Of a stretch of 64,000 nucleotides of DNA, positions 43,355 to 51,880 are shown piece after piece. The notes beneath the pieces are model-generated. The model made no database searches and was not told where the DNA came from. It saw only the letters and a list, made by a program, of their open reading frames with translations. This stretch comes from an uncultured Phycisphaerales bacterium (GTDB taxonomy: Bacteria > Planctomycetota > Phycisphaerae > Tepidisphaerales > Tepidisphaeraceae). The translations under genes were made by a program, and so were the position numbers. The stretch is taken from positions 4,768,001 through 4,832,000 of the forward strand of contig CAVWLP010000002.1 in NCBI GenBank assembly GCA_963755915.1, given 5' to 3'. Position 1 is the stretch's first letter. Each line of letters begins with the position of its first letter.

Positions 43355-43957
43355 ATGACTCAAATGACCCAGCCGTCGGACCCCAACAACCCCTCCCCCA
43401 CGTCCGACAACTCAACAAACTCCCCCTCTTCCCAACCGCAGCCAACAACTCGCCGCGCAGCCACGCCACTCGAAGCCCCCCTCATCCCCGTCCCCGACAA
43501 AAATTTTCGTCCCCCTCCTCCCAGCGCCGGCCTGACTCCCAAACCCTCCTCCGCTCCCGCGCCGCGCATGCGCCCTTCCGCCCCGCGCACCAGCCCCGAA
43601 GATTTGCGCGCTCAATCCCCCGCCGAACCTCCCGCCACTGCCGCCGACGAAATCGCCGGCATGTACGCCGGCGGCCAGGCCGCCTTTGTCTCCCCCGCGC
43701 CTCACCCCGCCTCCCATCACACGCCGCTCCACGACGATCCCCTTTTCCTCCGCAAAACCCTGATCCCCATTCTCCTTACTCTCACAGTCATCCTCGCCGG
43801 CTTCGGCGCGCTCCTGATTCTGACCGGCCCCGACAACGCCCTCCCCGATCTCTTCCCCACCTGGATGCCCTTGGCTCTCTTCGTTCTTGCGATAATGTTT
43901 CTTATCCTCGCCGCCATCAACATCTGGTCGATCAAAAAACAATCGCCGCGTCCTTGA
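43355..43957 (+). CDS. Pro-rich hypothetical protein with two C-terminal TM helices
   Basis: Low-complexity N-terminus and two hydrophobic segments. Confidence 0.6.
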   Translation: MTQMTQPSDPNNPSPTSDNSTNSPSSQPQPTTRRAATPLEAPLIPVPDKNFRPPPPSAGLTPKPSSAPAPRMRPSAPRTSPEDLRAQSPAEPPATAADEIAGMYAGGQAAFVSPAPHPASHHTPLHDDPLFLRKTLIPILLTLTVILAGFGALLILTGPDNALPDLFPTWMPLALFVLAIMFLILAAINIWSIKKQSPRP

Positions 43958-44107
43958 TTTGCTAGCAACTCGCAACTCGCACCAACACGCCGGCATCCTT
44001 CCCAACGGCCTCCAGCCTTTGCGGAGTACCGCTCCTCGCCTCCGGCCTTCGAACGGCCTCCGGCCTAAGTTTCGCGGTGTACCGCCCGACGGCCTCCGGC
44101 CGTCGAA

Positions 44108-44136
44108 TTGACTCCCCCCACCCCCACTTCTATTAT
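44108..44136 (+). promoter_or_regulatory. Sigma70-type promoter of trxA
   Basis: TTGACT-17 bp-TATTAT; GAGGAG RBS downstream. Confidence 0.65.
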
Positions 44137-44163
44137 CCCCCAAGGATTAATTGAGGAGCATAC

Positions 44164-44493
44164 ATGGCAGGGAATAACGTCGTTCAGATCACGGACGCCA
44201 ACTTCGAACAGGAAGTCGTCAAATCCACCACCCCGGTTCTCGTCGATTTCTGGGCCGAATGGTGCGGCCCCTGCCGTCGTCTTGCCCCCACGATTGAAAA
44301 GCTGGCCGCCGACTACGCCGGCAAAGTCAAGGTCGGCAAGCTCGACACCGACTCCAACCACGGCACCGCCAGCAAGTTCGGCATCAGCTCGATTCCCACC
44401 GTCATCCTCTTTAAAGGCGGCCAGATCGCCCAGAAACTCGTAGGCCTCCGCCCCGAAAAAGATTTCCGCGACGCCCTTGATGCATCGCTGTAG
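44164..44493 (+). CDS. trxA: Thioredoxin
   Basis: VDFWAEWCGPC, SIPT. Confidence 0.97.
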   Translation: MAGNNVVQITDANFEQEVVKSTTPVLVDFWAEWCGPCRRLAPTIEKLAADYAGKVKVGKLDTDSNHGTASKFGISSIPTVILFKGGQIAQKLVGLRPEKDFRDALDASL

Positions 44494-45183
44494 TTCGCCG
44501 CGATCGGAACGTCGGGCTTGCGCGAATTTTTGATTCTGCCCCCTTCAGTACAAAAGGTTACAGTCCGGAACAAGATGGGCGGATTAGGGAGGATGGGGTA
44601 CGGGTTTTCGTGATATCATTGATATCAAAGATATCAATGATATCAGGGACCAAACTCGAAGCTCGAAATCCGATTGACGAATCAAACTCGAAATTCGAAT
44701 TTTCGAATGTCTTCAGCGAGGTTCTATGTGATGCGACGGTTGGACCGCTTTGGACTGTTGCTCTTCGGCCCAAAGCTATCCCTCCCCATCCATCATCTTC
44801 AGAACCGACTTAAGTGACGGCTCTCTTTTCCAGATTGCTTCCCGAAGGACTGGAACCACTACAGGCGCATCATAGATTCCGTGGCGAAAAGCCTTTTGAT
44901 CAACGGAATTGTATCTCCATTCGACAAAGGCATCCTTGCATCTATCCAAAACGTCAAGAGCTTTTTGGATGTGCATTCCGACCTTGTTGTTTCCCGACGC
45001 TACGAATTCGCTCTCTATACCCGCTTGTATGGAGGGGTCCAGACCAGAAAACAATATGCTTAGCTCTGTCATGGGGCGCGCAAAACCGGCCAATTGAGGC
45101 GGCGCCAAAACCGGCCATTTTGAGGCACAGGAGATTGGGTTATCGACCTTGGCTTTCGGCGGTTGCCGCAAGCCAATGGTGGG

Positions 45184-46867
45184 ATGGCCAATCAACTCAA
45201 GATGGCGGAAGTACAAGCAATTTTGGCACTTGCGCAGCGGCTGGTCCAATCGGAACATCGCCCGCCAACTCGGCGTTCACCGGGAGACCGTTGGACGCCA
45301 CATCCGGTTGTCGGGCGGCGATCCTGCGGCGCCCGGATCGGATTCAAAACCGGCCAGCGCGCCCCTCGGCTCGACGGTGCTCGCCGCAGGCGGCTCGACG
45401 GTGCTCGCCGCAGGCGGCTCGACGGTGCTCGCCGCAGGCGGCTCGACGGTGCTCGCCGCAGGCGGCTCGACGGTGCTCGCCGCAGGCGGCTCGGAGAGCG
45501 CGCCCACCGGGTTATCCGGCGCGCCATCGGGTCGGTCAGTACGGCATCGCCCTGGCGTGAGGTCATTGTTCAGAAGTTGGAAGCCGGGCTGACGGCCCAG
45601 CGGATTTATCAAGACATCTCCAGCGATCACGGCTATGCCGGCAGCTATTACAGCGTGCGCCGGATGGAATGCGAGCCGGGAGCCGAGGCGCAGGTGGACT
45701 TCGGCCGGGGTGCGCCCTGGTCGGTCCTGACGGCAAACGCAAAGCAACCTGGGTCTTCCGCATTGTGCTGAGCCACAGCCGCAAGGGGTACGCCGAGGCG
45801 GTGGAGCGGCAGACGACCGATGATTTTCTGCGTTGTCTGGAAAATGCCTTTACGCACTTCGGCGGGATGCCGTCAGCGCTGGTGATCGACAATCTTCGCG
45901 CGGCGGTGACGCGGGCGGACTGGTTCGAGGCGGAGTTGTGTCCCAAGGTCCGGTCGTTCGCCGAACATTATGGAATCGCCATTCTGCCCACCAAGCCGTA
46001 CACGCCGCGGCACAAGGGGAAGATCGAGCGGGGCATCGGCTATGTGAAGAGCAATGCTCTCAAAGGCCGGCAATTCGCCTCGCTCTCGGATCAGAACGCG
46101 CATCTGCTGACGTGGGAGAAGAGCGTGGCCGACACGCGCATCCACGGCACGACGCGGCGGCAGGTGAAGGAAGTCTTCGAGCAGGTAGAGAAGCCGGCAC
46201 TGTTGGCTCTGCCGCCGGTGCGATTCGATCTTTTCACCGAGGCGTTGCGCAGTGTTCACCGCGACGGGCACGTGGAGATCAAGGGGGCGTACTATTCGGT
46301 CCCGCCGGAGTTTTTGGGCCAGCGGGTCTGGGCGCGGTGGGACGGGCGCACGGTCCGGCTGTTCGATCAGAAGATGCGTGCGATCGCTCTGCACGCGCAG
46401 CGTCCGCCGGGCAGGTTCTCGACGCAAGACGCCCATATCCTGCCGGAGAAGATCAGCGGCATCGAGCGTGGAACGACCTGGCTTCTCCAGCGGATCGAAT
46501 GCATCGGGCCGCACGCCACGCAGTGGCGCAGTCAATGCTTCAGCATCGCGGCATCGAAGGCGTGCGCGTGTTGATGGGGCTGCTGTCGCTGGCCAATCAG
46601 CAGCCGCGACCGGCCGTGGAACGAGCCTGCGAGATTGCTCTGGGGCATGGCGCGTATCACCTGCGCTCCCTGCGGCAGCTCATCGAACACCAAAACGGCG
46701 CACCGGTTCAACAACACTTCGAGTTTGTTCAGGAACATCCAATCATCCGCGGACTGGCCGATTACGGACAGTTCGTACGCGACGCAATCACCCAAGCGGA
46801 GGCTTTGCCTGCCGCACAACCTTTACAGGCCTGCCCTGAGCAGAGCCGAAGGGAGTCCACCCCATGA
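45184..46867 (+). CDS. istA: IS21 transposase IstA (frameshifted, possibly degraded)
   Basis: HTH NIARQLGVHRETV, AQVDFG, LSHSRK, IDNL, KGKIE, YYSVP. Confidence 0.88.
45367..45493 (+). repeat. 24-bp tandem repeat x5 (CGGCTCGACGGTGCTCGCCGCAGG) inside istA
   Basis: Five exact copies plus a partial one; encodes GSTVLAAG repeats. Confidence 0.95.
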
Positions 46868-47754
46868 GACCTTCGTTGATGCAGACGCTCAAGCAACTTC
46901 GGCTTTCAGGTCTGGCGAGCAGCCTTGAAGTTCGCCTGAGCGAGGCGGCCGGCAATCGGCTCGACCACAGTGAGTTTTTGGAACTGATCCTTCAGGATGA
47001 ACTGAACGTCCGATCCAGCCGGCAGATCGGCCGGCACGTCAAGGCGGCGATGTTCCGCGACACCAAAAACCTCGACGAGTTCGACTTCTCCTTCAACACC
47101 TCCATCAAACGCAAACAGATTCACGATCTGGCCGCCGGCCAGTTCATTCGTGACAAACGTGACGTGCTCTTGCTGGGTCCGCCCGGCGTGGGCAAATCGT
47201 TTTTGGCCCAGGCCATCGGACACCAGGCGATCAAGAGCGGCTTGGTGGTCCTGTACCGATCCATCTTCGACCTGGCCCGCGACTTTTTAGGCGACGAGGA
47301 TCTGGGAGCCCAGGACAAGACGCTGGCCCGGTATCTCAAGCCTGATCTGCTTATCATCGACGACATGGGAATGAAGCAGCTTCCGCGGCGCAGCGGCGAA
47401 TGCCTGCTGGAGATCGTCATGCGCCGGCACGAGAACCGCTCGACGATGATGACCAGCAACCGTCCACTGGAGGACTGGGCCAAGCTGATCGGCGACGTGC
47501 CGGCGGCCACGGCCATTCTGGATCGGTTCCTGCAGCACGCCACGATCATCAACATCACCGGCAAGAGCTACCGCCTTCGGCATGGGGGCCATTCGACTTC
47601 GCTCACGGCAGGCCAATCCGGGACACCGGAAAAGACAAATCCAAAAGGACGGCGGAGTACCGCCGGCGATGAAGGGTGCTCCCCCCCGGAAGACACCGTG
47701 ACAGAGCCGCCGTTGTCTTCTGATGTGGGGGTATCCGCCGGCCAGACGGCGTGA
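46864..47754 (+). CDS. istB: IS21 helper ATPase IstB
   Basis: LRLSG, FDFSF, GPPGVGKS, LLIIDD, TSNRP, AILDR, GKSYR. Confidence 0.95.
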   Translation: MRPSLMQTLKQLRLSGLASSLEVRLSEAAGNRLDHSEFLELILQDELNVRSSRQIGRHVKAAMFRDTKNLDEFDFSFNTSIKRKQIHDLAAGQFIRDKRDVLLLGPPGVGKSFLAQAIGHQAIKSGLVVLYRSIFDLARDFLGDEDLGAQDKTLARYLKPDLLIIDDMGMKQLPRRSGECLLEIVMRRHENRSTMMTSNRPLEDWAKLIGDVPAATAILDRFLQHATIINITGKSYRLRHGGHSTSLTAGQSGTPEKTNPKGRRSTAGDEGCSPPEDTVTEPPLSSDVGVSAGQTA

Positions 47755-48373
47755 ACGGGGACCAATAACTCAAGGAACAGTTGCGTCGGATAGAACGGAT
47801 GCGGTATAGAATACGTCAGCACATTGGCCGGTTTTGAAGCGCCCCGCCCTGGCTGGTTTTGGCGCACCCCGTGACAGCTCGTGGCCGGTGGACTTTTTGT
47901 TGTCGATTCGCAATAAGCATTTCAGGAAAAATTCGACGGCAAGTGCGTGATTTACGACTAACGGTATTCTCACGTCAAAATCGCTCGGAAGGATAAGCCA
48001 ATCCTTCGGGGTGCTTTCAACGTAAATTTTGTGAAGTACGGTGGCAACAACGTCGAATCTTCTGGCCTGAGAGTAAAGTTCGGTCACGGTAACCCGTTTT
48101 TTAAATCGGGGTTCTGTTGGAGCAGCAGAAACGCGCGTCTGTGGTTTTTTCGCACTCATGCCCTCCTATTACACCAATCAAAATATGAGCTGGAAAGTAT
48201 ATTGGTGCCTAATATTAAGGGTCGTTTCCCCTTCCTCCCCTCGTTCCAAGGGAAAAGCACTACATCGGAGCGCGAGCTTCTTTGGCTACGACAGTTGAAA
48301 TCGCATCGGCTTGGTACGCAAACTAGCTCCGTTAAACTGTAGACGAAATTATGAGGGGACGACGTAGCTATTT

Positions 48374-48568
48374 TTAAAAACAGCTACGTCCCCTTTGTCT
48401 CCCGACCTCTCTACGAGCCCTTGCCTTTTTGTCCGACTGGGGTGCCGAAGGTGGGGACTGCCCGGACGGCGCTACGTTGGGCTTAGTGGTGGTTGGCGGC
48501 GGCTTGACCGCAGAAAAATTGCCGCCTTTCGCCCCTTGGCCCGCCTGCTGTTTGGAGTTCTGCGACAT
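48374..48568 (-). CDS. Small Pro/Gln/Lys-rich peptide 2
   Basis: AAGGA RBS; starts 2 nt after the upstream stop; paralogous to peptide 1. Confidence 0.65.
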   Translation of the reverse strand: MSQNSKQQAGQGAKGGNFSAVKPPPTTTKPNVAPSGQSPPSAPQSDKKARARREVGRQRGRSCF

Positions 48569-48570
48569 GG

Positions 48571-48744
48571 CTAGTTCCTTTGCTGGCCGCCTCCGCTATT
48601 CTGTTGAGGCGGCGCGCTGTTGTTGGTTGGCGGTTTTTGTGAAGGCACTCCTATATTAGGCTTTTGGGTCGTCGCCTCCGGCTTCACTCCGCCCTTCTTT
48701 TCCATTCCCTCCCCTATGATTCGCTGTGTCGTTTTGTTCAACAT
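48571..48744 (-). CDS. Small Pro/Gln/Lys-rich peptide 1
   Basis: AAGGAG RBS; MLNKTTQRIIGEGMEKKGGVKPEATTQKPNIGVPSQKPP.... Confidence 0.65.
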   Translation of the reverse strand: MLNKTTQRIIGEGMEKKGGVKPEATTQKPNIGVPSQKPPTNNSAPPQQNSGGGQQRN

Positions 48745-49444
48745 TTTTCGACTCCTTTGGTAGATCTGGTATCTCAATACTCAACTCGTCGGTCTGCCGT
48801 GAAACGTAAAGCACCTTGGCATTGTACAGCGGCTTACTGGTGTCGGAATTAGAATACACCGAGACATTGGTCAGCACCAATTCTCGCGGCCTCTGGCTTT
48901 CAGAGTACATCGCGGGGTGGCCGAAATAAATTAGATCCAGCTTGTGGTCTCGGACAAATATCCATTCGTCCGTGATTGCATCGTTAAATATGTCTTCCCA
49001 TAGATCCTCGTCCCCGTGCCGACAGGATACACCTATGCGTCGCGCGAAGCGATTCAGCCATTTCTTGTTGTGAACAAGCGAAGCGAAGAGCGCGAGCAAA
49101 ATCCCAATGATACAGGACGGTGCCACTGCAATAGGCATCAATTTGAGCCATTCTGGAGAAGCCTTTTCGTCAAACAGGGCTGTCGTCAGCGATCCCAGAA
49201 GCTGGCCCGCTAGGCCAACGGAGCCGCCGGCACTTGTGCTGTTACAGTGTGCCTCGATTTTTGCCCAGGAGACCGTTACGAAAATCCAAAGGGTGTAGCT
49301 GATGACTGAAAAAAACAGGACCTCGAAAAACGTCTCCCATGCCTCCTTAGGTCGTCGACCTCGCAGCTTACGATAGATTTGCGCCGCAATTAGGCCCGGA
49401 AGTGCAATGAAAGCTATTCGAATCGCTGCGATGCTGATGTCCAT
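48656..49444 (-). CDS. DUF6338-like membrane protein (three TM helices plus a soluble beta domain)
   Basis: N-terminal ALPG-TM, then W-x2-IF...WIFV...YFG...YS...ELVL pattern; family assigned from memory. Confidence 0.7.
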   Translation of the reverse strand: MDISIAAIRIAFIALPGLIAAQIYRKLRGRRPKEAWETFFEVLFFSVISYTLWIFVTVSWAKIEAHCNSTSAGGSVGLAGQLLGSLTTALFDEKASPEWLKLMPIAVAPSCIIGILLALFASLVHNKKWLNRFARRIGVSCRHGDEDLWEDIFNDAITDEWIFVRDHKLDLIYFGHPAMYSESQRPRELVLTNVSVYSNSDTSKPLYNAKVLYVSRQTDELSIEIPDLPKESKNVEQNDTANHRGGNGKEGRSEAGGDDPKA

Positions 49445-49491
49445 GAGTGCCCTTCAATCGTCTCGAATTACTCGCGCGCTTTCAACTTTCT

Positions 49492-51090
49492 TCAATCTTG
49501 TTTCTGGGTCTCCTCCTCACAATGCATCAAATGGCACTCATACGCATCCACCAGTGCCTGCCAGCTCGCGTCGATGATGTTCCCGCTGACTCCGATTGTG
49601 CCGAATGTTTCGCTCGTGCCATCTCCCCGCTGCCGGCGGCAGTCGATGATCACCCGCACCTGCGCGGCCGTCTCATCACGCGAGTTGATGACCCTCACCT
49701 TGTAATCCGTCAGATGCACCCGCGCGATCTGCGGATAGTGCCCACCCAGGCTCGTCCGCAGGGCGTTGTCCAGCGCGTTCACGGGGCCGTCGCCTTCGGC
49801 GACGTGATGCTCCGCCTTTCCGTTCACGTGGATCTTTACCGTCGCTTCTGATGTGGGCTCCTTGCCGTCGTGCTTCAGGATCGTCACCCGGTAATGGTCA
49901 AGGTCGAAGAATTTGCGGTACTGGCCGATCTCCTTGCGAACGAGCAGTTCAAAGCTTCCCTCGGCCGCCTCGAAGTGGTAGCCGGCGTTTTCCATGTCCT
50001 GGACTTTTTGCAGGAGCCGCCGCTGAACTGCCTTGTCGCTCTCCAAGTCGAACTTGCTGCCGATCTTGGCCGAGATATTGCTCGCCCCCGAAAGCTCGCT
50101 GATGAGTATTTTGCGGGTATTGCCCACCGTTTCCGGCGAGACGTGCTCATACGTGGCCGTGTTCTTCTGCACCGCATGCACGTGCATTCCGCCCTTGTGG
50201 GCAAACGCGCTCGCCCCCACATACGGCTGCCCCGCGCTGGGATTCAGATTGGCGACCTCATATACAAACCGGCTCACCTCCGTCAGCCGCTGAAGCGAAC
50301 CGGGACGCAGGCAGTCGAATTTATATTTAAGCTGGAGGTTCGCGATCAGCGAAATGAGGTCCATATTTCCGCAGCGTTCGCCGACGCCGTTGATCGTCCC
50401 CTGCGCGTGCTCCGCCCCGGCGGCAATCGCCGCCTGGGCGTTGGCCACCGCCAGAGCGGCGTCGTTGTGGGTGTGGATGCCGATCCGCGCCGAGGTCTGT
50501 TTCTTTACATCCGCGACGACCTGCTGGACGAATTCCGGCAGAGTGCCGCCGTTGGTGTCGCATAGGGCCAGCACCGACGCGCCCGCCTCCTGGGCCGCGC
50601 GCAGGGTGCGCAGGGCGTATTCGCGGTTCTGGGCAAACCCATCGAAGAAATGTTCCGCGTCATAGACCACCTGCCGGCCGGCTGAGCGGAGCAGACGGAT
50701 CGTATCCGCGATCATCGCCAGGTTTTCCTCCAGCGAAACCTGCAAGACATTCTCAACCTGCGACTGGATCGTCTTGCCCACGATGGTGATGACCGGCGTC
50801 TGCGCCTCCAGCAGCGCCTTCATTCCCGGATCGTCCTCGGCCTTCATCCCGCGCCGGCGGGTCATGCCAAAGGCCGAGACCTTCGCGGTCTTCAGTCCCA
50901 GGCTCCCGACTTCGCGGAAGAAGGCGGCGTCCTTGGGATTGGAAAGCGGGAATCCTCCCTCGATATAGTCGACGCCAAGGAAATCGAGCTTCTGCGCGAT
51001 CTGCAGCTTGTCCTGAAGCGAGAGGTTAAATCCTTCCCCCTGGGTTCCATCGCGAAGCGTGGTGTCGTAGATTTCGATTCGTCGCGGCAT
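49492..51090 (-). CDS. cimA: Citramalate synthase
   Basis: YDTTLRDGTQGEG, EGGFP-x-SNPKD, DAEHFFDG, HTHND, FAHKGGMH, GDGPVNAL, LTDYKVR. Confidence 0.93.
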   Translation of the reverse strand: MPRRIEIYDTTLRDGTQGEGFNLSLQDKLQIAQKLDFLGVDYIEGGFPLSNPKDAAFFREVGSLGLKTAKVSAFGMTRRRGMKAEDDPGMKALLEAQTPVITIVGKTIQSQVENVLQVSLEENLAMIADTIRLLRSAGRQVVYDAEHFFDGFAQNREYALRTLRAAQEAGASVLALCDTNGGTLPEFVQQVVADVKKQTSARIGIHTHNDAALAVANAQAAIAAGAEHAQGTINGVGERCGNMDLISLIANLQLKYKFDCLRPGSLQRLTEVSRFVYEVANLNPSAGQPYVGASAFAHKGGMHVHAVQKNTATYEHVSPETVGNTRKILISELSGASNISAKIGSKFDLESDKAVQRRLLQKVQDMENAGYHFEAAEGSFELLVRKEIGQYRKFFDLDHYRVTILKHDGKEPTSEATVKIHVNGKAEHHVAEGDGPVNALDNALRTSLGGHYPQIARVHLTDYKVRVINSRDETAAQVRVIIDCRRQRGDGTSETFGTIGVSGNIIDASWQALVDAYECHLMHCEEETQKQD

Positions 51091-51114
51091 AAGGTTTCTC
51101 AAGATAACTTCATC

Positions 51115-51146
51115 AAATAAAAAAGCCCCGCCATCGGGCAGGGCTT
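51115..51146 (-). terminator. Attenuator terminator upstream of cimA
   Basis: AAGCCCTGCCCGATGGCGGGGCTTTTTTATTT on the minus strand, about 25 nt before the cimA ATG. Confidence 0.88.
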
Positions 51147-51174
51147 CAATTTCCGTTTGGATGAAAGATCAGCC

Positions 51175-51234
51175 CTACCCGAGTTTTCGCGGGGTAATAA
51201 TGATCGGGCCGGTCATGTTGCGGGCAAACGACAT
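51175..51234 (-). CDS. cimA leader peptide MSFARNMTGPIIITPRKLG
   Basis: Three consecutive Ile codons. The 3' end TCGGGTAGGGCT pairs with the terminator 5' arm AGCCCTGCCCGA. Confidence 0.82.
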   Translation of the reverse strand: MSFARNMTGPIIITPRKLG

Positions 51235-51241
51235 TGCTGTG

Positions 51242-51269
51242 ATTGTATCGGAGAATTGGCGGGGGTCAA
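51242..51269 (-). promoter_or_regulatory. Sigma70-type promoter for the cimA leader
   Basis: TTGACC-16 bp-TACAAT, 7 nt before the leader ATG. Confidence 0.7.
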
Positions 51270-51407
51270 TGAGCTAACTTTGACGCGTTGGGGCAATCGC
51301 ATGTGAGTCGAATGAATGCGAAAGACGCCAGCCTAAGTTTCCAAGGGAAGATTGCCGCCGCATACAAAGCTGACGGGCCGACACTTTTTCGGATGTGGTG
51401 GCCGAAA

Positions 51408-51780
51408 GGCGCTCGCTAAAAGGCGAAATGCAAATGCAATGCAGGGGAGGCGGGAGACAACCATAAGGCCCCAAGCTTTTCTCCCGTCTCCCCCGCACCC
51501 CCTCCACCCACTTTGGCTTCCCCTAACCGTCCGACGCAAAAAAATACCCAGGCGTTTTGCGATGAATTGGCGCACCTTGTCCACGTGGAAGTTGGGGCAC
51601 ACGATTGCTGAAATACCGCCGCGCACGCATTTTGTTTGGGGGAGGGTTGAGGGGAAGGGGAGCGGGGAGGGTGCGGGAGGGGCGAGGGGGAAACTTTTGG
51701 CGCCCCCGCGCAACTCATCTCGTTTGGTTCCCCCTCGCCCCGCCCGCATTGCATTTGCATTTCGCCTTTAAGCGAGCGCC
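51408..51780. repeat. 373-bp non-coding element bounded by 35-bp inverted repeats
   Basis: GGCGCTCGCTAAAAGGCGAAATGCAAATGCAATGC (51408-51442) versus 51746-51780, one mismatch. Confidence 0.85.
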
Positions 51781-51880
51781 CCATGGCCAAGGAACCAGAA
51801 ATGTGTCGAACCGCCAGGCCTGGGGACTGCGATCCGCGTTTCAGGGGAAGAAAAAAGCGGGACACACGATTGCCCTGAAT

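Larger units (their letters stand above)
45067..47876 (+). mobile_element. IS21 family insertion sequence (2810 bp)
   Basis: Ends TGTCA...TGACA with repeated AAAACCGGCCA subterminal motifs; TSD GCTC at 45063-45066 and 47877-47880; istA-istB inside. Confidence 0.95.
44776..48159 (-). pseudogene. HEPN-like gene split by an IS21 element (5' half 47877-48159, 3' half 44776-45066)
   Basis: Removing the IS and one TSD restores the frame ...ALAVEFFLKCLL...STGHEL|SILFSGL...DAFVEWRY.... Confidence 0.8.

Noticed and set aside
45367-45493. Possible CRISPR array
   Set aside because: Repeats are directly adjacent with no spacers, lie inside istA, and no cas genes are present.
51333-51865. Several 138-164 aa ORFs
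   Set aside because: Shadow ORFs over the inverted-repeat element; no RBS or domain support.
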